From IMG/VR virus record IMGVR_UViG_3300028558_000024, positions 13,098 to 77,097 of that record: a stretch of DNA of 64,000 nucleotides, one strand, 5' to 3'. Of the stretch, positions 30,447 through 41,146 are shown one piece after another. This stretch comes from a virus. The translations under genes were made by a program, and so were the position numbers. Each line of letters opens with the position of its first letter. Position 1 is the stretch's first letter. A model generated the notes under the pieces. The model made no database searches and was not told the DNA's origin. It saw only the letters and a list, made by a program, of their open reading frames with translations.

Positions 30447-30986
30447 ATGTCAGACAAAGAACCCCCCGCCGGCAGTTATGACCGGAATGTAAAACGCTCT
30501 GTAAAAGTCGAAAGAAGAAAAGACAATTTTGCGCAGGCAACGGAAAGAGAAGCGGCCCAAAGGGAGCAACTCGAAAACCAAGAAGCGGCCGCAAATCAAG
30601 TCATGGACGCGCTTGCTGCTGGCTCCATTCAGCCGCAGGAGCCTCCGCAATTGACTCGCGAGCGCAGAAGAGATCCCGTCGAATTTCAAATACCAAACGG
30701 ACTGACTATTCAGATGGCGCCTCCTAGAGAAGCCATTCAATTTCGCATTGCCAAAATCTACAAGCAAGAGCTCAATGTGGATCAGTCGGTAATTTATGCA
30801 AAAGCTATTTTGCATATTACGAAGATCAACAACGAATTTATTTCACCTCCGACAGACCGAATACAGCTTGAGCTTATCGCTAACAGGCTTGAGACAGACG
30901 GGCTCGAAATGGTTGCAAACAAAATGATTGAGCATTTTATGGGCATCGATTTAGATGCTCTTAAAAAAAATATGCTCGGATTTTGA
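30447..30986 (+). CDS. tail assembly chaperone
   Basis: between tube and tape measure; ends in an A8 run. Confidence 0.65.
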   Translation: MSDKEPPAGSYDRNVKRSVKVERRKDNFAQATEREAAQREQLENQEAAANQVMDALAAGSIQPQEPPQLTRERRRDPVEFQIPNGLTIQMAPPREAIQFRIAKIYKQELNVDQSVIYAKAILHITKINNEFISPPTDRIQLELIANRLETDGLEMVANKMIEHFMGIDLDALKKNMLGF

Positions 30987-31146
30987 CCATTACGAAATAG
31001 TCTTTCTAGTTCGCAATGGACTCGACTATCAAGAGGCGCTTAATATGCATCCAATGGAGCGTCGAGCATGGTTCTATCAGCTTGCCATGATGGATGGAAA
31101 TGAAGTGAACTGGGAGACGGGAAGAGTTTCGAAAAGGAAGAAGTAA
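30955..31146 (+). CDS. chaperone extension ORF, likely reached by frameshift
   Basis: overlaps chaperone end at CTTAAAAAAAAT; lies in +1/-2 frame. Confidence 0.55.
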   Translation: MLLKKICSDFDHYEIVFLVRNGLDYQEALNMHPMERRAWFYQLAMMDGNEVNWETGRVSKRKK

Positions 31147-31670
31147 TGTCAAAAACATTCGACAGCTTCTTCCTCGCATCACAGCACTGGAAGACCCGCG
31201 TTAAGCCAGCCGTTAAAAGAAACCTTCAGGGCAGCCTGCAAATGCTCGCTCAGGGCGTTCAAAAGCGTGCAATTGATTCTGTCGGACATTACCAACCGGC
31301 AATTTCGCCTTTCCCGGAATGGGCACCCTTAGCGCCCGCGACAATTGCGCGAAAAATGCGGGGAAGAAGAGGCCGCGGCTGGGGATTGAATGGCAATCCA
31401 GATTCTCCGCTTTATCGCACTGGCGAATTTAGAAAGCACATTTTCTATCGAATCAATCAGCGAGATTTGACCGCGACAATCGGAACGACAAAGGATTACA
31501 TCGTCAATACGGAACTCGGAACGTCGCGAATGCCACCAAGACCCGTGTTTGGTCCGGCCGCTATGCGAGAAGTTCCTTTGCAGCTTTCAAGCATTCAAGC
31601 CAATATGGTTATGGGTTTATTCGGTACTTTCGCAAACGGCAAAGCAACCGGTATTTTCATTGGTGACTAA
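31146..31670 (+). CDS. virion morphogenesis / HK97 gp10-like tail completion protein
   Basis: WAPLAPATI.RK; PL.RTG; ELGTSRMPPRP. Confidence 0.75.
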   Translation: MSKTFDSFFLASQHWKTRVKPAVKRNLQGSLQMLAQGVQKRAIDSVGHYQPAISPFPEWAPLAPATIARKMRGRRGRGWGLNGNPDSPLYRTGEFRKHIFYRINQRDLTATIGTTKDYIVNTELGTSRMPPRPVFGPAAMREVPLQLSSIQANMVMGLFGTFANGKATGIFIGD

Positions 31671-33677
31671 ATGCTCAATCTTTTCAAAGTCGGTGTAACT
31701 GTCCAGCTTCTTGATCGCGTTTCAGGAGGTCTTGATTCCATTGGGACGGCTTTAGATCGGGCACAAAAACATACTGGCGCTTATCAGGATTCATTAAAGG
31801 GCTTGCAGGCGCATATAGACAAGCTGAGCGCTATCAAATCTATCGGCGAAATGGGCTTTCACGATAGCGTCGGAATGCTTGATGCGATGATCGATCCGGC
31901 CAAGGAATATACATCCCAGATTATCCGAATGAATATGGCCGGTCTTGAGCACGAAACGATCGCCAAAAACATTGGCACAGCATGGGAAGTCGCCGGGAAA
32001 GTGATGACGACGACTGCAACGGATAACCTGAAAACGCTTTCGGAGCTTTATGGTGTTATCACAGAGAAAGGCGGAACCATGGAAGAAGCTCGAAATCTTC
32101 TTCCGCGCTTTCAAGAAATGAAAATGGTTTTGATGGCTGGCTCAGAGCATCCAATTGAAGGGCTTAGAGTAGAGGGACTTGCTTATGATGCTGTAAAAGC
32201 CGCTGAAATGGTTGGAAAAACCGGACAAGAAGGCATCGTTCACATGGCCGACATGATGGAAAAGGTCATGATTGCATCCGGTGGCAAAATCACTCCAACT
32301 GACTATCAAAACTTTTTCAAATATGCCGGACAGGCGAAGATGAGCCTTTCCGAGAACGAACTTTTTGGAGTTCTCCCGGAATTGATGATTGAAATGAAAT
32401 CACGAGGCGGCGGCTCAGGCGGCTCAGGCGGACCCGGAACCATGTATGCCTCATTATTCTCGACGCTCGTCCAGGGCACCATGAGCAAAGCAACGGCAGG
32501 ACATCTTCAGGAACTCGGTCTGATGAGCGGCGAAATGCTTAAAACAACGACGACCGGAACAGTCGCGGAAGGGCTTACATGGAAGGATGTCGCGGGCACA
32601 GATCCAAGCAAATGGATCATGCAGAAGCTTATCCCAGCAATCATGGCAAAGCATCCTGATCTTGAAGGCAACGAAGTTGGAATGGCGATGGAAATTGCCA
32701 AAGTCATGAAGGGCCCGAGGAAAACCACGGCCTTGATTGGTGAAATCTTCAACAAGGAAACAGCGGGCATTATTGCGAAGTTTCGCGAAAACCGTGAGCG
32801 TGTTTTGCCGCACGATCAACTTGTCGAACAAGCCAAGACTAGCCCGCGCGTTCTTGATGCGTCATTTGCTGCGCAGTGGGAAAGCTTGATGACTGTTTTC
32901 GGCAATGAAATTATGCCGTTCTTCACTCCAATGGTTCGCGAATTGACGGCAGGTTTAAAAGGCGTTGCGGCATTCATGCGCGATCACAAATGGGTTGCTC
33001 AAATGTCAGTGATGGGAGTTGCTTTAGGCGGTCTTGGAATGGGAATCCTTGCCCTCGGTGCAACCGCTGGGCTGACGGCAATTGCATTCGCTCCGTTAAT
33101 GGCATTTTTGCCTGAAATTGGATTTGCGGCTGGGATTGCCGCAGCCGGAGTAACTTGGCTTGGCGCAACTTTCCTGTATTTACAAAAAGCGACCGCGAAT
33201 ATTGGCAATGGCATAGCCAGTGGTGTCGAATTAGCAAAAACTGCTTGGACAAACTTTGGACAGTTTGCCATGGAAACAATCGCGACGATTATTGAGCAGG
33301 GCGGTATTCAAATTGCTGGGCTTGTTTCGCTTTTCGATCAAAACAAAGGCGCGGAGATCTATGCAGCCAGCACAAATATGGCGCAAGGCCTTCGCGATTC
33401 CACTATGTTTGGCAGCCCAAAAACCGGGCCGTACTTGTCCGAAATTCGCGACGAGCAATGGCAAAACGGAAATGGAATAGATGGACAGAATATGCATCAC
33501 AAGCATGAAGTCAATATTGCAGCAGGTGCAATCAATGTCGTCGCTCAAGCTGGACAAAGCGCTGAAGAAATCGCCCAAAAAGTAATTGAAGAAATCAACA
33601 AGGCGATTCTCAAGGGCATCCAAACCAGCGGCCCTGGAATTGGCATCATGAGCAGCCCTGTCTTTGGTGGCACTTAA
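31671..33677 (+). CDS. tape measure protein
   Basis: 668 aa, helical with hydrophobic Gly/Ala segments; synteny. Confidence 0.8.
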   Translation: MLNLFKVGVTVQLLDRVSGGLDSIGTALDRAQKHTGAYQDSLKGLQAHIDKLSAIKSIGEMGFHDSVGMLDAMIDPAKEYTSQIIRMNMAGLEHETIAKNIGTAWEVAGKVMTTTATDNLKTLSELYGVITEKGGTMEEARNLLPRFQEMKMVLMAGSEHPIEGLRVEGLAYDAVKAAEMVGKTGQEGIVHMADMMEKVMIASGGKITPTDYQNFFKYAGQAKMSLSENELFGVLPELMIEMKSRGGGSGGSGGPGTMYASLFSTLVQGTMSKATAGHLQELGLMSGEMLKTTTTGTVAEGLTWKDVAGTDPSKWIMQKLIPAIMAKHPDLEGNEVGMAMEIAKVMKGPRKTTALIGEIFNKETAGIIAKFRENRERVLPHDQLVEQAKTSPRVLDASFAAQWESLMTVFGNEIMPFFTPMVRELTAGLKGVAAFMRDHKWVAQMSVMGVALGGLGMGILALGATAGLTAIAFAPLMAFLPEIGFAAGIAAAGVTWLGATFLYLQKATANIGNGIASGVELAKTAWTNFGQFAMETIATIIEQGGIQIAGLVSLFDQNKGAEIYAASTNMAQGLRDSTMFGSPKTGPYLSEIRDEQWQNGNGIDGQNMHHKHEVNIAAGAINVVAQAGQSAEEIAQKVIEEINKAILKGIQTSGPGIGIMSSPVFGGT

Positions 33678-34651
33678 TGGTTGGCGGCAACATATTTCCA
33701 GGTGGAGGCTTTGCAGTTCCTGCTGGGACGCCCGCAAATTCGGCAAACAGTTCAAGCAGTGGCGAAGATCCGCTCAAGCTTGGCGGGCTGACAATTGAGA
33801 ATTTTGCCGCACCCGACGAATTAGCGATCGGCTTGCAAAAGGCCTTTTGTATCCACGATTTCCCTGGCGGTGAAAGAGAACTTCAAATCTGGGGCGAGTT
33901 TTATAAGTCGATTACATGGACCGGGCTTTTGCTTGGTTCGGATGCCGAAGACAGGGCTCATCAGCTCGAGACTTTCATGAAGCGCAAATCAAGCAAGGTG
34001 CTTGAATGGCGCGGTTACCGTTTAGATGTCGAGATTGTCGATTTCGTCGCTAAAATTCTTTGGCGCAATGAGATTGAATATACAATCGAAGTCGTTCCCT
34101 ATAGAGTTCAGAATGCCGCTGGTGGCAACCAATTCAACTCACCCGAAGCGATTCTTGATGCGAGTTTTGCGCAAGCCTCTGAAGCGGCTGGAGGACAAAG
34201 CCCTCCCTTTGAATTGCAGGCTGCCAAAGAACAAATCGACGATCTTCAGGATTTGGTCGAACAAAACTTGAAAGAATCCAATGGGAAAGTTTCAGACATT
34301 GATCCTTCAATAAGACTTTTTCTGGCAACCCAAGCCGCGACGATCAATTCGGGGCTTTTCAATATCATGCAATCCTCGGGGCCGGTGATTTCCTCGAAAG
34401 CTGCCGACCTGCGGACATATATGCAAGTCGTTCAAAACACGCTTAACGCGCCCGAGAAGCAATACAAAATGGTTCGTTATATAAATCCAAATCTCCTTAA
34501 AATTGCATCCGCTGAATATGGTGACGCCTCTTTATGGACCGTTATTAGGGACGCAAACGGTTTAGTCGATCAAGTTCTTGTCGGCGAATATGTTTTGAAG
34601 ATTCCCTTGAATCCAACCACCGCTCAAACAACGACACAGCCGGTTTTCTAA
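33677..34651 (+). CDS. tail tube initiator / baseplate protein with C-terminal LysM-like domain
   Basis: LLKIASAEYGDASLWTVIRDANGL...LKIP. Confidence 0.7.
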   Translation: MVGGNIFPGGGFAVPAGTPANSANSSSSGEDPLKLGGLTIENFAAPDELAIGLQKAFCIHDFPGGERELQIWGEFYKSITWTGLLLGSDAEDRAHQLETFMKRKSSKVLEWRGYRLDVEIVDFVAKILWRNEIEYTIEVVPYRVQNAAGGNQFNSPEAILDASFAQASEAAGGQSPPFELQAAKEQIDDLQDLVEQNLKESNGKVSDIDPSIRLFLATQAATINSGLFNIMQSSGPVISSKAADLRTYMQVVQNTLNAPEKQYKMVRYINPNLLKIASAEYGDASLWTVIRDANGLVDQVLVGEYVLKIPLNPTTAQTTTQPVF

Positions 34652-34655
34652 ATAA

Positions 34656-35909
34656 ATGGGCGACATCAAAACCTACGAAACGACTGTGCTGATTGATAAG
34701 CAGGAAGTTCCATGCAAGGGCTGGAATATAACCGGGGGCGCCTTTGGCTCGGTTGGCACTGTCAGGCTTACGACGACATGCGAAATGCTCGACGCTGCCG
34801 GCGTTGATTTAGTTGGACTGGTCGATGCTTCAAAAATCATTCCCATTGACGTTTTCATTGATATTGATGGCAAGAAAACCCAGATTTTTGGCGGCTTTTA
34901 TGATGACAATGATGGCGAATGGCCGCAGGAAGAAATAACTCTCAACGGCCGCGACTGGGCAGGCCTTTTGATGGATAAGAAATCCTGCATTGCCGGGGAG
35001 ACGAAGACTGTCGAACGCATCGTGACAGAACTTTGCCAATTTAGCGGCATAACTCCACAAATCACCGGAAATGCTGATGTAAAGCCAGGAACAGATTTAA
35101 ACGGCGCCAATATTTTGACAATGGGTCCGCAAGAGCATTGGTCAGTCATCCAAAAACTGGCCCAGTTCCTTGGCTATGAAGTGACGGTCCTTCCGCAAAA
35201 GATCCTTGTGTTTGGCCCGCCCGATTTGAATCCACCGCAAAGGACTTTCCACTATAAAGCCGATCCGGGTTCGAAGCCTGATTTGATCAAGCTGTTAAAA
35301 CTCCATACCAAAAACAATAATCGCCGGAATAAGACTTTCAGAGTTGTTGTAACGAGCTGGGACCAACAAAGAGTCGCTAGATCAACCGGACAAGCCGTTG
35401 TCCTTGGCGATGACGTTTCAAATACTGGGCTTGGCAAATCAACCTACAATCCTTCAACCGGTCAGATTCAGACTTCCATTTCGACAGGCGGAAGCATTCC
35501 AGCTGGCATTTATGGTGGTTCAAGTGGTCCAATTGTTTCCAATACCATTGACGACAAGCTGAAAGACAAGCCAATCTTCAGATTCAACAGATCGGGACTT
35601 TCCCCGGCTCAAGCCCAGAAAGAGGCGGACTCAATCGCTCAAGATCTTGCAAAGCGAGAATTTGTCATTACTGGCGTCATCTCGGGAATGCCGGAAATAA
35701 AAGCACATGATCGCCTGACGATTGAAGATCATGAAAAGGGATTGCTTAAACCATTTGCGAGCCGGGGCTATAGCATTGTCGGCTTTGAGCATTCATTCTC
35801 GATGAATGAAAGAAACACCGAGTACACGACAAAGTTTTCAGCAGTGGCAATTCCACCGGGCATCTCCGATGATGTTTCTGCAACCTTCGCTAATTGGTCG
35901 ACGACTTAA
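34656..35909 (+). CDS. baseplate hub (P2 gpD / Mu gp44-like)
   Basis: LNGRD..G.L.D; W..IQ.LA...G; synteny. Confidence 0.75.
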   Translation: MGDIKTYETTVLIDKQEVPCKGWNITGGAFGSVGTVRLTTTCEMLDAAGVDLVGLVDASKIIPIDVFIDIDGKKTQIFGGFYDDNDGEWPQEEITLNGRDWAGLLMDKKSCIAGETKTVERIVTELCQFSGITPQITGNADVKPGTDLNGANILTMGPQEHWSVIQKLAQFLGYEVTVLPQKILVFGPPDLNPPQRTFHYKADPGSKPDLIKLLKLHTKNNNRRNKTFRVVVTSWDQQRVARSTGQAVVLGDDVSNTGLGKSTYNPSTGQIQTSISTGGSIPAGIYGGSSGPIVSNTIDDKLKDKPIFRFNRSGLSPAQAQKEADSIAQDLAKREFVITGVISGMPEIKAHDRLTIEDHEKGLLKPFASRGYSIVGFEHSFSMNERNTEYTTKFSAVAIPPGISDDVSATFANWSTT

Positions 35910-37718
35910 ATGCTTTCACATCACGAATTTGTCCACTTAATCAAACAAGTCTGCGCGCAGCAAATGCAGGATATTCGCGCGGTCAGAATTGGACATATTT
36001 CGTCTTATGACAAGGCCACAAATCACGTCCGAGTCGTTATGCCTGATTTGACCGATCAAAACGGCGTGCCGATTGTTTCTCCTTGGATGCCTTTAGGCGT
36101 TCCAATGGTCGGAGCTGGGTTTGGAATGCTCTATTATCCGCACGGCGGAGCAACTCCAGATAATCCGGCTATTGGTGAGCAAGTCACTGTCCTACTTTTG
36201 GAAAGAGATTCTGGCTTTTCATTCTCGGCCAGTATGCACTATACAAGCATTCAGCCACCGCCGACGCCGACTGATTTCCAGCCCGGAGAGTTTTTAATCC
36301 GGCATGAGTCAAGCGCGTTTGTCCGCATGTACAAAAATGGCGATATTGGTATAAGCGCTGCAAATGACATGTTTTTGCTCGCCGCCAATGATGTGACGGT
36401 AGCGGCGGGCCGCGATCTCAATCTTTCAGCCCAAAGAGACATCATTGCTCTTGCCGGTCAAAATATAACCGGAGAAGCCGATAAGGAAAGTATCCAATTC
36501 ACGGCCAAAAAGAACTTCACCGTTCAGGCTGAGCGAAATATCTCAATGGCGGCGGAAGAAGATTTCAATGCACTTGCATCAAAAGACATGAGCTTAACCG
36601 CTCAGGAAAATCTCGATGCAAATGCCAAGAAGGTTTCAATTCAGGCATCAGACGACGCGAGCCTGTTGGCTACAAAGACAATCACTATCGCAGGCGGAAC
36701 GTCTGTCACGACAAGCGCCAGAACGGTAACAATCGACGCCGATACAACAGCTCGGATTCAAGGCGGACAACACGCTTATTTAACAGCGGCGGCCGTCAAT
36801 ATCTATGCTGCCAAAGATCTGGGTCCGTCCATTTCAACAACTCTTTCAACTAGGACAAGGCCAGCCACCCAAGAGGCTATTTCCGATATCAAGATAAACG
36901 GAAAGTCGGTAAGCATTTTGCGCGGAGCCGTTGCCCGCATCTTCAATCAAAACGATGTCGCTGCCGGCAATCAAAAAGGCATTCCAATTATGAATGGTCC
37001 GGCAAATGCTGAGATCATTCTAGGTGGTCGAACTGTCACAACTCAAAATCCTGCTTTTAGCGAAGCGAAAGACGGTGAGGTTATCGTTGATGCAGACAAT
37101 TTCATCAAACTCAACTCAAAGAAAAAGATCGACATAATTGCAAAAACCAATCTGAAAATCGACTCGCAAGATGCTGTCATCAATTCAAGCCGGACAATGG
37201 CTATTTCTTCTCCAAGTATCAAAATTCGCGCCATAAACCAGACCGACTCAGATTTGACCTTGCTTGGAAGCCGAATAAATATCTCAACAAGCTCAGATTT
37301 CACCGATACCGCATACAAGCAAATTGGAATTACCACTCCGACAGATGGCGATATGCTTTTAACAAGTGGCGGCAAACTGACAGCGGTCATTGCTGACGAG
37401 ATTGATATTTCATCGACAAATGATTGCTCGATTCATACAACTGGCGGCGGGAATTTGTTCCTCGGCCTTGCGCAAGCAGGACCAATTACAATCGATTGCA
37501 ATAATACGATGTCGATTTTGAGCGCGTCAGGTGTTGCCACGACATTGATTGGCGGACAAGGCATCAATACCTTCAAGAAGCTCATGACAGAGGATTTCCT
37601 GGATCTTTACAATGCTCACGAGCATAGCGGTATATTCCCAGGCAGCGGAAATTCTGGCGCACCTTTGACGCCGGGAACCGCAGATGTGTATTGCACTCAC
37701 GTCTTGGAGGCTGCTTAA
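35910..37718 (+). CDS. baseplate central spike (gpV/gp5-like) with long beta-helix
   Basis: OB-fold N-terminus (G.ISSYD...VRV, SPWMP, GEQV); 8-aa beta repeats; C-terminal HEH metal motif. Confidence 0.8.
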   Translation: MLSHHEFVHLIKQVCAQQMQDIRAVRIGHISSYDKATNHVRVVMPDLTDQNGVPIVSPWMPLGVPMVGAGFGMLYYPHGGATPDNPAIGEQVTVLLLERDSGFSFSASMHYTSIQPPPTPTDFQPGEFLIRHESSAFVRMYKNGDIGISAANDMFLLAANDVTVAAGRDLNLSAQRDIIALAGQNITGEADKESIQFTAKKNFTVQAERNISMAAEEDFNALASKDMSLTAQENLDANAKKVSIQASDDASLLATKTITIAGGTSVTTSARTVTIDADTTARIQGGQHAYLTAAAVNIYAAKDLGPSISTTLSTRTRPATQEAISDIKINGKSVSILRGAVARIFNQNDVAAGNQKGIPIMNGPANAEIILGGRTVTTQNPAFSEAKDGEVIVDADNFIKLNSKKKIDIIAKTNLKIDSQDAVINSSRTMAISSPSIKIRAINQTDSDLTLLGSRINISTSSDFTDTAYKQIGITTPTDGDMLLTSGGKLTAVIADEIDISSTNDCSIHTTGGGNLFLGLAQAGPITIDCNNTMSILSASGVATTLIGGQGINTFKKLMTEDFLDLYNAHEHSGIFPGSGNSGAPLTPGTADVYCTHVLEAA

Positions 37719-37745
37719 TTGATTTAGGCAATTGGAGATCTAAAA

Positions 37746-38099
37746 GTGGCAAACGGCGAAGTATTAGACACACTCTCTTCCGGCGCAGAGGAATGGCAGC
37801 TCATTAGATTTCTTGATGAGGTCAGCGCAGCGGCAGACTCTGATTGGCTTGAAGCGCATATATTCCGCGACGGAACGCTTGATGTTAAGACTTCTGGCTC
37901 GCCGACATTCTCAATCAGCGTCCAAGGCTGCAATGATGATGGGAAGCCGAGCATAAACTATATCGGTCCCAACTTGATTTCGGCAATAACCGCAATCGGT
38001 ATCTACGACCTGGCCAAGCTGCCCGTTCGCTGGATAAGAGTCAAGACAACTTATTCCGGCTCCGGAACAATCTCCGTTAACGGAAATCTCTGCACTTAA
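37746..38099 (+). CDS. small beta-rich virion protein, paralog of 21596-21949
   Basis: 117 aa; DSDWL...VQGCND...RWIRV. Confidence 0.55.
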   Translation: MANGEVLDTLSSGAEEWQLIRFLDEVSAAADSDWLEAHIFRDGTLDVKTSGSPTFSISVQGCNDDGKPSINYIGPNLISAITAIGIYDLAKLPVRWIRVKTTYSGSGTISVNGNLCT

Positions 38100-38515
38100 T
38101 GACGACTTTCGCCCTTGATACAAACGGCGATTTGATCCGCACCGATAGCGGCTCATATTTGCTTGTTGACGGGCTTAATGAAATCACGGAACGCATAATC
38201 CGGCGAGCAGTTACAAATCCTTCTGGAGTCTCGGCAACAGGTCAGGCAATTGCCGGAGATTACATTTATCACCCAGATTATGGTCTTGGCTTGGCCGCTT
38301 ATGTCGAGGGAGTCACAACTTCCGATATTTTCCAGAAGCTGAGTAGCATCATCAGGCAAGCAGTTCTTGAAGATATTGGCACGGACAAGAATTTTGAGCC
38401 GGAAGTCATTGCAGTCGAGCAGACCTTTGACACTCTTTCCATTGGTACAAAGTTTCGCACCGTCAACGGCGAGCAGGGCGATTTTACTTTGGATTTCCAA
38501 CTCCCCTCCCCATAA
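38099..38515 (+). CDS. baseplate wedge gp25/gp46-like protein
   Basis: GDL...G.....G...I.RR..T; HPDYGLGL. Confidence 0.75.
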   Translation: MTTFALDTNGDLIRTDSGSYLLVDGLNEITERIIRRAVTNPSGVSATGQAIAGDYIYHPDYGLGLAAYVEGVTTSDIFQKLSSIIRQAVLEDIGTDKNFEPEVIAVEQTFDTLSIGTKFRTVNGEQGDFTLDFQLPSP

Positions 38516-38548
38516 GCTGAATTTAGCTTTTGCGGGGAGACTGGGCAT

Positions 38549-39703
38549 TTGGCGATCGTTGTCAAAACACATGCGAAGTTCGTTTCGGACATGGCCGCAT
38601 CTTGGGCGGCGGATCTTGGCATTGAGCCGTCATTGCCTGAAGGCGATCCGGTTCTTGCGTGGTTTGAAAGTGTCGCATCCCAATTAGAAAACGTTCTCGG
38701 GCAAATTCAGGTTATTAACGCCTTTGCAAGAGCCTCAACCGCAAATGGCGCTGATTTGGACAGTTTCTTTGACGGCGACTTTGGTTTTCCGCGACTGCAG
38801 CCGCAGAAAGCAAACGGAATCGTCACCTTCTCTTTGAGAAGTATTAGAAATACCGCGACTGTCATCAATTTGGGCTCCCTTGTTCAAAACGCCGATGGAA
38901 GCCAAGTTTTTGAAGTTATCGCAGATACAAATATTGCGGGTTGGTCTTCCGAGCAAAATGCATATCTCATCCCGTCCGGGCAGCTCTCAGTAGATGCCCG
39001 CGTCAGGGCTTTACTAGCGGGCAGTGGCGGCGACCTCCAACCCGGTAAAGTGATTTCCATAATCACAGGCAATGCCGACGCAGTAACAAACGAAAACGCC
39101 TTCTCGGGCGGCACAGACGTTGAGACTGATGCAGATTATAGAAAACGCTTCCCGCTTTGGATAAATTCACGGTCGAAAGCGACGAGAGATGCGATTTTTG
39201 AAGCCGTTATTGAATTGGTTCCAAACGTCAAACTCGTCGAGAACCGCAGACCTCCAACCGAGGATGTTCCCGATGGTCCCGAAGAAGAAGCATATTTCAC
39301 CGTCATTATTGACGACGGCACGGGCGATCCGCCTGATTCATTGATAACTCTCGTCACTCAAGCAGTCGAGGCAGTTCGCGGTTTTACGATTGAATTTTCG
39401 GTAATTAAGCCGCAAGCCGAAGATCTTCAAGTTGCCATGACAATCAACGTCGATCCTGATTTTGAGGAAGGCACTGTCTCGGGCAATGTTAGAACGGCCC
39501 TTTTTGAATATGTGAATGGTCTTGAAATTGGCAAATCGCTTTATCTATCAAAACTCATTACAGTCGCGTCAAATGTTGAAGGTGTCTTAAATGTTGAGGC
39601 TGAGTCAACAACTGTAAACACCCTTGAGCAAGACTTTGTGGCAACGCAATTCCAAGTTTTGAGACTTGCCGAAGAAGATTTGGCCGTTACGGTTGATTCA
39701 TAA
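38549..39703 (+). CDS. baseplate J-like protein
   Basis: A.GADLD; A.G.VTF; GG.D.ETD..YR.R. Confidence 0.9.
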   Translation: MAIVVKTHAKFVSDMAASWAADLGIEPSLPEGDPVLAWFESVASQLENVLGQIQVINAFARASTANGADLDSFFDGDFGFPRLQPQKANGIVTFSLRSIRNTATVINLGSLVQNADGSQVFEVIADTNIAGWSSEQNAYLIPSGQLSVDARVRALLAGSGGDLQPGKVISIITGNADAVTNENAFSGGTDVETDADYRKRFPLWINSRSKATRDAIFEAVIELVPNVKLVENRRPPTEDVPDGPEEEAYFTVIIDDGTGDPPDSLITLVTQAVEAVRGFTIEFSVIKPQAEDLQVAMTINVDPDFEEGTVSGNVRTALFEYVNGLEIGKSLYLSKLITVASNVEGVLNVEAESTTVNTLEQDFVATQFQVLRLAEEDLAVTVDS

Positions 39704-41079
39704 TGACTTCTGAAAGATCGACCAATCTCCCGACTATTGATGCGGATGCATGGGCAGTCCGTATTCTCGACGTTTTCCCTGAAGCATGGTCAAACAGTGC
39801 TTCGCGGAATCCCGGCGGCGAAATTTACGCCTTGATGAAAGCAGTCGGAGAAGAATTAGACATCTTCAACAAGAATCTTCAGTATGTTTTGGATGCTTCA
39901 AGAATAAGCACCGCAACAGATGAGGCGCTTGATCGAGTTGCGCAGGACTATTACGGCCCGACAGCAGTTGCAAAACAGGAAATTATCCGAGCGCCTGGTG
40001 AGGATGACGACACTTTCCGCGCCCGTATCAAAGCCAGTCTTCTCCTGCCTTTAGGCACAAGAGCCGCAATCATTGAACTCATAACTAGACTGACCGGTCA
40101 AGCTCCAAGAGTCATGGAACCATGGAATCTCAACGATACGGCCGCTTGGGATGCCTTTAGTTATTGGGATATTGACACGGTCGACAACCCTTCAAGGTAC
40201 GCCGATCCTTCTTTGCGCGGACAAGGTTTTGTCGAGTCACCTTTGCCCAATTTCCAGGGCGATGGCATCCCCAATCCGCTTTGGTGTTACGACGAAGGCG
40301 CTTGTTATGACACCTTTTCGGCATACTGGCTTGATGCTAGTTCGACATGGTTTTTGAATATCAAGAAGTTGGACGATCTTCTAAACAAGACGAAAGTCTT
40401 TGGAACGAGGATTTGGCGCAGATATTTAAGTCAACCTCTAACGTCTTGGGCTCTTGGTGGTTCAAAAGGGGTTGTTGAAGACGCTTTGTTTACGGAGATT
40501 GAGGTATTTCCTCAATTTGCCAATACCTTCTCGGTAATTGCCTCAGCTAATTGGAACACGTCAATTGATGTTGATTACATATCCAACAGCAAATTCAGGC
40601 TGACTTTCGGAACTCCGCCTCCGCCTGGCGGCGGTTCAGTTGATTGGCTTGCGGCTCCTGTCACTGTGCCGGGATTTGCCACTATTCCGATGAATATTGG
40701 ACAGACCGAAATGGATATTACCGTTGTTCCGGAATTGCTTGGCCGCAATTTGTTTGTCTCTCCAAACTGGAACTCGAGCTTTTGGATGACTGCGACAGAT
40801 GTCGAGAATAAATCAGTTGAGTTTGATGTTCCTGCGCCGAATTTCGGACAAGTTTCGACGGTTCTTATAGCTCAAGACAAGAGCGGTTTTGAAAGCGTTG
40901 AGCCCGGAACGGTTGAGACAATCGTCAATTTGGATGCGAAGACACCCTATCAGGCTTTTGTAATTCCTTCATGGAACACAATTTGCGAGATAGACAAGTC
41001 CGACGATCACATCACAGTCAAATATTCGACGCCACCAACAGAAGCAGGAATTATCTTTTGGGGCTTCCACGACGTCTAA
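39703..41079 (+). CDS. baseplate wedge / gpI-like protein with C-terminal extension
   Basis: TAT..ALD..A.D..G...R..GE.DD.FR.RI...L...GT..AI. Confidence 0.7.
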   Translation: MTSERSTNLPTIDADAWAVRILDVFPEAWSNSASRNPGGEIYALMKAVGEELDIFNKNLQYVLDASRISTATDEALDRVAQDYYGPTAVAKQEIIRAPGEDDDTFRARIKASLLLPLGTRAAIIELITRLTGQAPRVMEPWNLNDTAAWDAFSYWDIDTVDNPSRYADPSLRGQGFVESPLPNFQGDGIPNPLWCYDEGACYDTFSAYWLDASSTWFLNIKKLDDLLNKTKVFGTRIWRRYLSQPLTSWALGGSKGVVEDALFTEIEVFPQFANTFSVIASANWNTSIDVDYISNSKFRLTFGTPPPPGGGSVDWLAAPVTVPGFATIPMNIGQTEMDITVVPELLGRNLFVSPNWNSSFWMTATDVENKSVEFDVPAPNFGQVSTVLIAQDKSGFESVEPGTVETIVNLDAKTPYQAFVIPSWNTICEIDKSDDHITVKYSTPPTEAGIIFWGFHDV

Positions 41080-41146
41080 AGTTAGTTTTGCCTTGAGACA
41101 AACCCGCCAATACGCTTGATCCAGAATCTCTGGAGTAAAAGAAAGC

